DNA of 64,000 nucleotides from Escherichia coli (GTDB lineage Bacteria; Pseudomonadota; Gammaproteobacteria; Enterobacterales; Enterobacteriaceae): NCBI RefSeq assembly GCF_016026235.1, contig NZ_CP065613.1; one strand, 5' to 3'. Shown piece by piece: positions 11,355 to 20,030 of this stretch (position 1 is its first letter; each line of letters starts with the position of its first letter). The notes under the pieces were generated by a model. It saw only the letters and a program-made list of their open reading frames with translations, ran no database searches and was not told where the DNA came from. The position numbers and the translations under genes were made by a program.

Positions 11355-12452
11355 TTACACCGGAATATTCTCATCGTATCCTGCTTGTTGCGTTTCGTTT
11401 TGTGTTTGTGGATCCGGGAATGCATATTCAACGCCTTCCAGTTCAATCCATAGTGCATTACGACCAGCTTTGATTGTCGGCCAGTCCATACCTTTGATTC
11501 TTTCCCATGAGCGGGAGGTGAATGTTTTTTCCAGCAAATCAGCTTTTGCGCGTTTGGCGTCGTTACTGGTGCCCCCATGGTGCTTGTTGAGCAACTCGAT
11601 AATTTCATCAAGTGCGATTTCTTTTGCACGCTTTTCTTTTAGCCATGTCGGTGTACCGTCGTTGGCAAATAATTCACTGTTATCCCGTGAGGTATCGATG
11701 CCGAGGTGTTCACCTCCCAGGTTAAGAAACTCGATATGAGGAAGAAAGTTTTTAAATGTTGGGTTTGAAAATACCTGTCCATCAATACGGGTGGAGCGAT
11801 CTTTTAGTATTCTGGCGGTGCGCCACACCTGACCGGTTTCTATGTTCATTTGCTTCTCCATCTGGATCAGGATGGAGGGTTCATAACCGGTTTCTGTTTC
11901 TGCTTTCATTTTTATACCGGTTTTTGCCAACTGGCGTTTGCCATCATCACCTTCGAAAAAGTCATACTCATATCCTGCACGCCCGCACATAATAATGTGC
12001 GCCTGACTGTTAACAAATCGATCGGTAAAGCGTCGCCACTCCTGTTTGAGCCACGCCCAGTCTGAAAATTCCAGTCCTCGTTTACGGTTTCGGCGTCTGG
12101 CATACTCGTCGCATAATCCGGTCCAGAAGTGACTGATGGAGTCGATGATCATTACGGAACCGCTGCTTTCCGCTTCATTAATGGCTTCAAGCAGATCAAC
12201 AAACGAGCGGGTTTTTGCCGTAAATAATTCGATATTTTCCGCATCAAAGCGGGGTTTAACCCAGTCAGAGCCTGTTTCTGTGTCCAGAAACATTACCGGG
12301 CGGTTACCAGCTTCAATTCCCCGTTGCCGCATAAGCATTACCAGACCAATAGCCAGTTCGCTTGCTGTGTAGGTTTTGCCGTCGCCAGCAAACCCCATAA
12401 TTCCTGCTTTTAGATAGGCCTGTGTGTTTATTGCTCGTTGAAAAAGCGCCAT
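11355..12452 (-). CDS. P-loop ATPase, Sak4/RecA-like (AAA_24 family) candidate phage recombination protein
   Basis: Walker A GFAGDGKTYTA near the N-terminus and Walker B-like VMIIDSISHFW. It sits in the recombination-module position (where Rac has recET). Confidence 0.55.
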   Translation of the reverse strand: MALFQRAINTQAYLKAGIMGFAGDGKTYTASELAIGLVMLMRQRGIEAGNRPVMFLDTETGSDWVKPRFDAENIELFTAKTRSFVDLLEAINEAESSGSVMIIDSISHFWTGLCDEYARRRNRKRGLEFSDWAWLKQEWRRFTDRFVNSQAHIIMCGRAGYEYDFFEGDDGKRQLAKTGIKMKAETETGYEPSILIQMEKQMNIETGQVWRTARILKDRSTRIDGQVFSNPTFKNFLPHIEFLNLGGEHLGIDTSRDNSELFANDGTPTWLKEKRAKEIALDEIIELLNKHHGGTSNDAKRAKADLLEKTFTSRSWERIKGMDWPTIKAGRNALWIELEGVEYAFPDPQTQNETQQAGYDENIPV

Positions 12453-12457
12453 AGATT

Positions 12458-12757
12458 TTAGTCCTCCAAATCAATATCAACCTGGTGGTGGGCAATGGTT
12501 TCAGCCATGTACCGGATGTGTTCTGCCATGCGCTCCTGAAACTCAACATCATCATCAAATGCGTGGCTGATTGCCTGTTTATTGGCACCGTGGCGTTGCA
12601 AATGGTCGATGCAGAGCGATTCAAACAGGTGCTGAGGCAGACCTTTTTCCAGGTCGTCCGCCAGTTCCGTTTCTTTTTCTTCACGAACGATCTGCTGGTA
12701 GTGGCGAGCCCATGCCATTTCTTCAATACGATCAAAAATCGGGTAAGCGCTCATCAC
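12458..12757 (-). CDS. Hypothetical acidic phage protein (99 aa)
   Basis: ORF in the operon. No known motif. Confidence 0.35.
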   Translation of the reverse strand: MMSAYPIFDRIEEMAWARHYQQIVREEKETELADDLEKGLPQHLFESLCIDHLQRHGANKQAISHAFDDDVEFQERMAEHIRYMAETIAHHQVDIDLED

Positions 12758-12868
12758 TGGTCACTCCAAAATTTTCAAGCTTGTTGGCAATCATCATTGC
12801 GATGTCAGGGATTGCAGGCGCATAGGCTATGCACGCAGGATTCGCACATAAACCGTAAACCGCCGCAA

Positions 12869-13105
12869 TCAACACCTGTTTTTTCCAGTTGAGTTCATCT
12901 TCGCCAGTTTCATTATTGCTATCATTATGCTGATCGCTGCCAGCGTTCTCCGGTAACAAATCATCAGCTTTTCCGTTTTCTTCGGCTCTTCTTCCTGTGC
13001 TTCATCTGGTTTTTTTTCGTCAAAAGTTTCCTGATAAGTTGCGTCTCCCATCACCGCGCCACAGTCAGGGCAGTTATCCTCGCCAGTCTGATTGCAGGGT
13101 GTTCC
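12869..13105 (-). pseudogene. C-terminal portion (~78 aa, with CPDC Zn-ribbon-like motif) of an early gene interrupted by IS10-family insertion
   Basis: The reading frame is continuous across the 9-bp duplicated target (GTP codons gggtgttcc on both sides). Confidence 0.6.
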
Positions 13106-14400
13106 CCTGAGGGATCCCCAGAAAATTTAGTAAACCATTATCATATTGGTATACCGTTGCTGTAGAACTTTCAGCCCTGCGTCAAGTGACAGTGTGTTTA
13201 GTATGAGTGGAGAATGTCGAATCACATTCTCCGCCAGTTTTAATAACGAGATGACTCGCCTGTGCTTCACTGTATTTGCCTGATATTTATGATGTATCCC
13301 TTTGTTTTCCAGGCTGAAACCGCTTAACCACATAATGATACTGGCTAATGTTGCGATCAGACTCAATACCGTGACCCGCCCGGATGAATGACTGGCACCA
13401 AACCGTAGTCCAAATCCCCAGCGAGGATTTTTTTCATCCCTGAAATTTTGCTCAATTTGCATTCTACGGCTGTATAATTTCATTACCTGTTTTGGCGAGA
13501 ACTCAGTACTGTTTGTGAAAATAAACCATGGTGATTTCCCGGCAGTACGAGCTTTAGCCGTCACCGATGGTCTGGTTGCTCTTTCCTTCGAGCGTTTAAA
13601 TCTACGACCTTTAGGCTTACTTTTATAAAGATAAAAATGCCCTTCATGTTGTGCATTTTTATCTCGACCCAGCAGGCCTTCACCTAAATAAATTGCTGTC
13701 GTTGATGCTTTTGTGCCTGAGTCCGACACCTTTTCCCAGCCATTACCAACATTGTAATAATGATTGCCCAGTACCCGGCAAATATAGGTCCAGCCACGGG
13801 AGCGGAGCTGTTGGAACCATCGCCCCTGAAAACCGGCATCTGTAATAACAATGACATCAGTCCCGGGGGAAAAGCACTCAGCAAGCGATTCCAGAAAACG
13901 CTCATGTACATCTGCATTCGCTGTCTGTGATGATGGAACGACACAACTCATCAACGGTAAAGAACGCCCGTCACATGCCAGGCTTGCCCGCAAAAGCTGA
14001 AAACGAGAGGCATGATAAGCACTCCAGTCAATGAGTATCACAACACGAGACATTCCCCGCGTAATCTTTTGGGTAATTCGCTGAAAAATGGTGGAAACCT
14101 CATTTTGCAAATGTCGATTCCCCAACAGTCGATCCACCCGCTTTATTTTGTTTTTAACTGATGCCGTACCGGTTAAATGACGCCCGATACTGGTAAGTGT
14201 GAGGGAAGCGCCATTTATTACAGCATTAGTTGCGTCAATCAGTGATTTTTGACGGTAAAGATGCAAAGGGGCCAGTATGTTGTTAAGGAAATTTTGGCAT
14301 AATGAACGTGCAGGCATAGTGGTGATCTCCTTGAAATTGTTAGCACAATCAATTAGATCACATCTCACTATGCCTGTCTTGTTTTCTGGGGATTCCTCAG
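13106..14400 (-). mobile_element. IS10-like insertion sequence (IS4 family) with ~19-bp terminal inverted repeats CTGAGGGATCCCCAGAAAA / CTGAGGAATCCCCAGAAAA and a 9-bp target-site duplication (the 10-mer gggtgttccc is present on both flanks)
   Basis: The ends resemble IS10 termini (CTGA(G/T)(G/A)(G/A)ATCCCC). The encoded transposase aligns by eye to IS10 Tnp (KRVDRLLGNRHL…, YSRRMQIEQNFRDEK YREK motif). Confidence 0.8.
13127..14317 (-). CDS. IS10-family DDE transposase (~396 aa from MPARSLCQNF…)
   Basis: IS4-family DDE with YREK signature. The start is chosen by alignment to the IS10 transposase N-terminus. The longer ORF-track start at 14368 is probably an extension. Confidence 0.75.
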   Translation of the reverse strand: MPARSLCQNFLNNILAPLHLYRQKSLIDATNAVINGASLTLTSIGRHLTGTASVKNKIKRVDRLLGNRHLQNEVSTIFQRITQKITRGMSRVVILIDWSAYHASRFQLLRASLACDGRSLPLMSCVVPSSQTANADVHERFLESLAECFSPGTDVIVITDAGFQGRWFQQLRSRGWTYICRVLGNHYYNVGNGWEKVSDSGTKASTTAIYLGEGLLGRDKNAQHEGHFYLYKSKPKGRRFKRSKERATRPSVTAKARTAGKSPWFIFTNSTEFSPKQVMKLYSRRMQIEQNFRDEKNPRWGFGLRFGASHSSGRVTVLSLIATLASIIMWLSGFSLENKGIHHKYQANTVKHRRVISLLKLAENVIRHSPLILNTLSLDAGLKVLQQRYTNMIMVY

Positions 14401-15975
14401 GGGTGTTCCCTCCTCCGGTTCGCTGTTCTGGTGCTGTTTATCTTCAGTCTGTCGCACTTCATTTTCCGTTTTTTTGACTTCATTTGAGGAGATATGATGA
14501 CCGGGAATCCATTTCGGATCATTCGGGTCGCTAATCCCTTCAACAAATTCTCCGCGAGAGGCAGCCAGTAATTTGTCTGCATCGACAGGATTTTTGGGCG
14601 GAATGTTTTTCCGGGCTTCATGGAGTTCTGCCCGCAGTTCCTGATATTTCTCATCAACAGCATTTACCTGTGACTGAGCATCCAGCGGCTGCGTGTCCTG
14701 ATGATGTTCAGTTGCATCCGGTTCCACTGTTTCAGCCGTTGCCTGTTCATCTGCCATTGCGCAAGATGGTTGCGGTTTTTCTTCATCATCCTGTTTTCCT
14801 TCTTCTGTTACTCGCTGCGGCATCGGGGCAGAGGAGCGACCGCAGGCAATATCCACGATTTCCGGATCAGGGTTGGCATGATCGGTTTCAGTCAGTACCT
14901 TGTTCAGATATTCAGTGACGTGCGCGGGGATGACCTCGATACCAATCGGTGCTTCTTTCACTGACGCAACCACGATGGCGCGGGAATAATCCATCCCGCC
15001 AGGCATGGTGATGAATTTGTCGCGGAAAACAGAAAAGGGCGGTTTATTTTCAGTGATAATTTCCTCAATGCGTTTAGCGTGTGCCGGATGAAGATTATAA
15101 ATATCCACGTCCATTGAACGGGCCAGTACGCCAGTGGCTACGTCGCGCGCCAGCGACGTCAGATCGTGGACGAAACCTTCGCCGCGATCGGTGAGGTTCC
15201 CGCCGCCAGCATTAGCACCGGAAGCCGTGCGAGTGATACGCGAAACACGATTTCCTTTCATCCACTCTTTTGTCAGCAGACCGCGATCGGTGTAGTTGGC
15301 ATCCAGATATGCTTCGAAAAAAGCAGTCATCAGTCCCAGATTTGAATTGCCAGGATTAGGGAAAACTTTGTCAGTATCACGCACGAGTTTGTGGAGGTCG
15401 CGAATCTCCAGCGGGTCGAGCAGACTGGTTTTATGCGAAACAGCCAGAGCAGTAACAGCCGGTAGTTCTTCATCCCGAGCAATGTGTAATGCCTGGAGTT
15501 CGTCGCGTGAAACGTGCGTTACCGGTTTTTCGCTGCCGTGTTGCGCAAGCCAACGAATGGGCAGTTCCTGACCGGAAACTGGCAGGAGCATGTTCTCCTC
15601 AATTTCTGTCATGTCTTCGCCGTTGACGTTGGTATTGTCAGTGCTGGCTGGTTTGTCCTGAACAGAGGGAGAAGATGCGATAAATACCATTGTGATGCCA
15701 TCTTCCCCGCCTTTTTCGTAACGGTTGCAGAATTCCGTATCAAACACGCCTTCTGGTGGGAGGTCATCAACAACGGGCAAATTGACGCGAACAGGTTTTT
15801 TAAAGTCATCTTCATCGTAGCCAGCATCGTCAATCGCAACAGCACCACGGGAGATGGCAATGGATAATTTTTTCGCTTCAGCCCAGTAAAAACCGCCTTT
15901 AATACCGAGGCGTTTTCTTACTTTGTCATTTTTTGCTTCGTAATACAGTGGGTAAACTTGTTTATCGGTGCTCAT
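14401..15975 (-). pseudogene. N-terminal ~525 aa of an unknown early phage protein disrupted by the IS10-like element (original gene ~598 aa: 14401-15975 plus 12869-13096)
   Basis: The ORF runs into the IS end and gains 10 IS-encoded codons (…EEGTP|[10 protein letters not shown]). The downstream fragment continues in-frame after the target duplication. Confidence 0.6.
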
Positions 15976-15998
15976 TGTTTTTTAACCTCAACTCATAT

Positions 15999-16343
15999 TC
16001 AGATTGCATAAAAGAAACGAACTGATGATGCGATATGAGAGAGTTCTTTCAGTCGTTGATAACTGATACCGTATTTCTTGTCAGCCTCTTCAATGCGAGC
16101 TGTGAGTAATGCAATTTCTTTAATGGCACATACACAACAATCAAATGTTCCCAGAACGTAACCGTCATCAATAATTACCGTGACGTTTTCTTTTTGGGAA
16201 ATCTGAATGAAACTATGTAATGTATTCCCACATTTAAATTCGGCGAGAGAATCGTTAATAACATCAAGTTCAATTTCACATTCAATAATGCTCATTGCTG
16301 TTTCCTTTTTTAAGGTTGAGTGAATCCCTGCCATTGCTGGCAT
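15999..16343 (-). CDS. Hypothetical phage protein
   Basis: ORF track only. Confidence 0.3.
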   Translation of the reverse strand: MPAMAGIHSTLKKETAMSIIECEIELDVINDSLAEFKCGNTLHSFIQISQKENVTVIIDDGYVLGTFDCCVCAIKEIALLTARIEEADKKYGISYQRLKELSHIASSVRFFYAI

Positions 16344-16369
16344 AAATTCAGTTTCGAATATTCAGTTAA

Positions 16370-16657
16370 TTAAAGTTCGTGTGCCATCTTGTCTTTTTCG
16401 GCACAAGCTGCACTGCAATATTTTCGTTTCTTTCTGGCAATCATGTTTCCATGCATATAAATAAGCTCGCCAGTAAAAGCTTTTTCAGGTAAAAACTGTT
16501 TATTGCAGAGATGGTAATCACATTGTATTAAATCCAGGTCACCTTTTTGCTGGAGAATTTTTCTGATTCTCCACAGCCATTTTTTAATCCCGGTATGACT
16601 GATGGTCTGCCTGAGGGCAGGTGTAAAACAATAATCAAGCATGGGGTTCATATCCAT
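16370..16657 (-). CDS. Hypothetical Cys-rich small phage protein
   Basis: ORF track. Cys/His pattern suggests zinc binding. Confidence 0.3.
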   Translation of the reverse strand: MDMNPMLDYCFTPALRQTISHTGIKKWLWRIRKILQQKGDLDLIQCDYHLCNKQFLPEKAFTGELIYMHGNMIARKKRKYCSAACAEKDKMAHEL

Positions 16658-16667
16658 AGCTCCATTT

Positions 16668-17217
16668 TTATTTTAAGGAAAGCAACTGCTCTACGGTCAT
16701 GTTTTTAATTGCGCCCCGGTTTACAAGAGTCCAGCCCTGTTTTTCCAGATAAAACCGGAAAGTCTCCAGGGTACAGACCAGTGCGCCATCAGGAACGGTT
16801 TCGGTGAATTCGACATTGCCGAATTTGTCGAAGTGAACAACCAGAGTGCGACCATCACCCGGAATCATCTTGTCAGCAGGTGGGGTGTTATTCTGGCGCA
16901 GTTCGGCCTCCATGCGGTCGAACTCAGCAATGTAGGCTTCCTTGAATGTGGCGGCTTTTTTGCCCGTGAAGCCCATCACCAGGAAAACGAAGCCGTTTTT
17001 GGTGATTTGGTAGGCGTTATAAGAATTGCCGCGGTGTTCGAATTTAACCCGCGAAAAGTTGCTGGTTAAAAATAGTTCAGAACATTCGAGGGATTCTATT
17101 TTTTGAACAACATGGTGATGCTGCTTGCCAAAAAACTCAGCAATCGAAATAGAAGTAGTGACGGCGCGACCATTTTCGATGGTTACGTCAGGGTGAGAAA
17201 GGGTAGTAGCCATAATG
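16668..17217 (-). CDS. Rha-family phage regulatory protein. The start is taken at MATTLSHPDV… preceded by GAGGA. The ORF is also open up to 17507.
   Basis: The N-terminal region resembles the Rha domain (…SISIAEFFGKQHHHVVQKIE…). The upstream in-frame extension contains an intrinsic-terminator-like hairpin and a U7 run, which argues against it being coding. Confidence 0.5.
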
Positions 17218-17684
17218 ACATCCTCAAGTGATAAGTTAATTAACTCACCAGCAGAGGTGCTAATCTCATGGGTGGTGAGACGCACAGGGTTAGCACTACC
17301 GGTCACTCGAGAACCCGGCCAGCCTTGCGGCTGCCCCGCACGCCTCACCATAATTTGAATGTGGCTGTGCATTACGCATAAAAAAACCGCTTCAGCGCGG
17401 TTATGCGCTCGAGTAACTTTCGGGGTGCTAATCCCGGCACCCGTTTTATGAGGTGCAGGTGCACTATAATTCCACCCGTTCTGGTTTTCAATAGCTACAT
17501 TCAACATTTTCTCTTTCCTTTCATCACCGAAGTGAATTTTGTGATGCGGTGCCTGGTGCCTCCAGGTGACGTTAACCAGTTAACAATTACAGTCGGCTTT
17601 CCCACCCAAAACAATAAGGACTAACATGACTTTTAACTGTGCCGCGTGCGCTTAGCCGCATTCACCGCATCACAAAATTCACTT

Positions 17685-17740
17685 TAAAAAGGGCGGACAT
17701 CAGCCAGCAATTAAACCGATGCCGCCAACTGGTACTTCAC
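17685..17740 (-). ncRNA. dicF: DicF-like small RNA (Qin/Rac-type prophage sRNA) with intrinsic terminator
   Basis: The minus-strand sequence …UGGCGGCAUCGGUUUAAUUGCUGGCUGAUGUCCGCCCUUUUUAAAGUGAAUUUUGUGAUGCGGUGAAUGCGG… closely matches my recollection of the K-12 dicF 3' hairpin, terminator and downstream spacer. Its position downstream of ydfA/ydfB-like genes matches the Qin dicB operon. Confidence 0.45.
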
Positions 17741-17914
17741 ACAGCAATGTCGTTATTTACAACCGGAAGCGCACTCCCACCATTTAAATTTCACAGACAA
17801 GACCGACTCTTTATGAATACCGGAAATGCGCCTTCGTGTTGTGCCCGGTTTTATTTCACCACCTCCGGGCTTTGGTGGTATCTTTACTGAAGTTCTCACA
17901 CAACCAGTAAGGAA

Positions 17915-18238
17915 ATGAATATGCCAACGTATCTCGCCAGAGTAGAACTATATAATGCTGAGCCAGAGGATTACGAAGGGCTTCATAAATATATGCTCTC
18001 ACTAGGATTCAGGAGAACGATCCCCCATGGAGATGGTTCGTATAATCAACTCCCGGACGGAACTTATGTTTCCGAAAAGGGCGGTGATATTTATCAAATT
18101 CGCAGCCAGATATCTGACTATGCAGACCGACTATCCGGGTATCGCGCGTCTGTTTTGTTTGCGAATTCAGTCAATGCGCATGGTATTTATACCCCGCCAA
18201 GACCCGGTGAATATCCTGCACGGCCTTCTGCTTTGTAG
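17915..18238 (+). CDS. Hypothetical 107-aa protein encoded antisense to the leftward early operon (strong RBS TAAGGA)
   Basis: Strong SD 8 nt upstream. It overlaps the convergent ydaG-like gene by 52 nt. Confidence 0.4.
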   Translation: MNMPTYLARVELYNAEPEDYEGLHKYMLSLGFRRTIPHGDGSYNQLPDGTYVSEKGGDIYQIRSQISDYADRLSGYRASVLFANSVNAHGIYTPPRPGEYPARPSAL

Positions 18239-18390
18239 AAGGCTTCTTCGCTATCATAATCGCCAGATTCCAGCGCTTCTTTAGCCAGCCAGATGCGTGC
18301 CCCAGTGCCTGCATTTGGCTCCAGTTGCTGGAGGCGTTTTGCATCTTCTAGGAGTAGAGCGATAACGTGTTTTAATTCTGTCTCGTTCAT
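18187..18390 (-). CDS. Small phage protein (YdaG/YdfB-like position), translationally coupled to the upstream gene through an ATGA overlap
   Basis: Start ATG at 18390 overlaps the TGA of the DUF1391 gene. RBS AGGTGAG. Confidence 0.35.
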   Translation of the reverse strand: MNETELKHVIALLLEDAKRLQQLEPNAGTGARIWLAKEALESGDYDSEEAFYKAEGRAGYSPGLGGV

Positions 18391-18391
18391 T

Positions 18392-18547
18392 TTACTCACC
18401 TGAATGTCTTCCCAACCAACGACGTGCGCCAGCTTCGGTTTTAAACGTTTTGCTTTTGGTATACGTCATGGCGGTGAATGTGCCGTCTTGATTGGGAAAC
18501 ACGCCACATACCAGAGATTCGTTGTTGCCAAGATCGATAGTATTCAT
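18392..18547 (-). CDS. ydfA: DUF1391 small protein (YdaF/YdfA-like, 51 aa: MNTIDLGNNESLVCGVFPNQDGTFTAMTYTKSKTFKTEAGARRWLGRHSGE)
   Basis: Length and sequence resemble YdfA/YdaF of the Qin/Rac prophages. First gene of the operon next to the repressor gene. Confidence 0.5.
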   Translation of the reverse strand: MNTIDLGNNESLVCGVFPNQDGTFTAMTYTKSKTFKTEAGARRWLGRHSGE

Positions 18548-18725
18548 GTTGACCCCATTTCCCCTTAACGCCGGGTGGCGGAACGTTTTATCTACTGCGC
18601 TTTGTATCAATCAACAACTGCCGTCATGTTCGTATGCCTCAGGCTGGCTACTTAGCCCTGTTCAGTGACTGGATAACTCGAGGTATTGTCCTGCCGTTCT
18701 CTGGTGGGGCGTTGTTTGGATATGC

Positions 18726-18768
18726 TTATTAAACACAATTTGTTTTCTTATGTCAACACGTAATGTGT
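18726..18768 (-). promoter_or_regulatory. Minus-strand sigma70 promoter (TTGACA-18-TTTAAT) for the ydfA-dicF-like operon, with a palindromic operator AACACGTAATGTGTT overlapping the -35 box
   Basis: Seen directly. The half-sites match the palindrome AACACAAGGTGTGTT between the repressor and cro-like genes. Confidence 0.45.
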
Positions 18769-18796
18769 TTTATGGTGGGTGTCATATGATGATGCT

Positions 18797-18823
18797 ACAA
18801 AAAAGCCCGCTGATAGCGGGCTG
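18797..18823 (-). terminator. Rho-independent terminator downstream of the repressor gene (agcccgc…gcgggct plus T-run on the minus strand)
   Basis: Hairpin plus U6. Confidence 0.5.
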
Positions 18824-18852
18824 ATTGGCATATTACTGTGATAGCAAGATCA

Positions 18853-19272
18853 TTATTCCGGTGGGGGATTATCTTTAATCCTGCCTCTCAAATATTTTTC
18901 TACATACTCATCGATTTCTTTTAGCCGGACTTCAAATAGCTCAATCATTCGTTGTTGTTCTGAGCCCGGTAGCTGGTTAAACAACTCAAGAAGTTTTCGT
19001 TGGGATTCATTTAACCACAATTCAGAAGATTCCTGTTCTCCAAAGAGGAGCTCAGGAGGAGATATGCCAAGTGCCTTTCCCAATACGACAGCGTCATGTA
19101 CTCCAACATTTCTGCTGCCCGCCTCATAGTTACCTATACGCGATTGCGTCCATCCGCAGATTTCAGCAAGTTTTCCTTGAGATAAACCAAGCTTCTGCCT
19201 GCGCTCTTTAAGACGCATTGCAATTTTGTCATTGAGCCTACTAGCGGCAATTTTTTCGTTTTCTTTTTCCAT
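18853..19272 (-). CDS. CI-like repressor (RacR/DicA-like, XRE HTH with C-terminal dimerisation region)
   Basis: HTH …LSQGKLAEICGWTQSRIGNYEAG… Divergent from a cro-like gene. Confidence 0.7.
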   Translation of the reverse strand: MEKENEKIAASRLNDKIAMRLKERRQKLGLSQGKLAEICGWTQSRIGNYEAGSRNVGVHDAVVLGKALGISPPELLFGEQESSELWLNESQRKLLELFNQLPGSEQQRMIELFEVRLKEIDEYVEKYLRGRIKDNPPPE

Positions 19273-19368
19273 TGCATCCTTGTATCACGAATCGTGATTT
19301 ACATAAAACACAAAACAGCTTGACTATATAACACAAGGTGTGTTTAAAATTGTCATCGGAGGTTTTCA
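19273..19368. promoter_or_regulatory. Divergent immunity promoter/operator region with palindromes ATCACGAATCGTGAT (19285-19299) and AACACAAGGTGTGTT (19330-19344)
   Basis: Two dyad-symmetric sites with a TTGACT -35 element for the rightward promoter. Confidence 0.45.
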
Positions 19369-19611
19369 ATGAACAAAATTTCAACATATCGAAAACAGCT
19401 TGGGCTGTCTCAAAGACAACTTGCTGTTCAGTTAGGGTGGATACAAAGCCGACTGGCAAATTACGAAGCAAATTTTCGTACCCCTGGACTAGAGGAGTGC
19501 AGAAAAATTGTTTCTACCCTTAATCGGCTTGGCGCTCATTGTGGACTTGACGATGTATTCCCCCCAGACGGTAAGCATAGCGAAAACAGCATAGGAGCGG
19601 TTGATTCATGA
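19369..19611 (+). CDS. Cro-like HTH regulator (YdaS/DicC-like)
   Basis: HTH …LGLSQRQLAVQLGWIQSRLANYE… First gene of the rightward operon. Confidence 0.6.
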   Translation: MNKISTYRKQLGLSQRQLAVQLGWIQSRLANYEANFRTPGLEECRKIVSTLNRLGAHCGLDDVFPPDGKHSENSIGAVDS

Positions 19612-20030
19612 AAATCAGGCATGAGCACATCGAATCAGTGTTGTTAGCCCTGGCAGCCGAAAAAGGGCAGGCGTGGGTCGCTAACGCAATTACTGAAGAA
19701 TATCTGCGCCAGGGGGGAGGTGAATTGTCTCTGACACCAGGCAAGGACTGGAATAATCAGCAGAACATCTATCATCGTTGGTTAAAAGGTGAAACGAAAG
19801 CGCAAAGGGAAAAAATTCAGAAACTGATCCCTGCGGTTCTGGCAATTCTTCCGCGCGAGCTGCGTCACCGACTCTGCATCTTCGATACCCTGGAACGCCG
19901 TGCATTACTGGCGGCGCAGGAAGCGTTGAGTACGGCAATTGATGCGCATGATGATGCAGTCCAGGCCGTTTACCGGAAAGCGCATTTCAGCGGCGGCGGG
20001 TCTTCCGACGATTCTGTCATTGTTCATTAA
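19608..20030 (+). CDS. ydaT: YdaT-like protein (140 aa, CII-position protein of Rac-type prophages)
   Basis: Same length as YdaT and same position after the cro-like gene. ATGA overlap with the upstream gene. Confidence 0.5.
   Translation: MKIRHEHIESVLLALAAEKGQAWVANAITEEYLRQGGGELSLTPGKDWNNQQNIYHRWLKGETKAQREKIQKLIPAVLAILPRELRHRLCIFDTLERRALLAAQEALSTAIDAHDDAVQAVYRKAHFSGGGSSDDSVIVH

Noticed and set aside
16668-17507. Full 279-aa ORF from the ATG at 17507 as the Rha-like protein
   Set aside because: The N-terminal 97 codons contain an intrinsic-terminator-like hairpin with a U7 run and long dyad repeats. The Rha-like domain starts at the internal Met, which has its own GAGGA RBS. The extension is more likely untranslated RNA.
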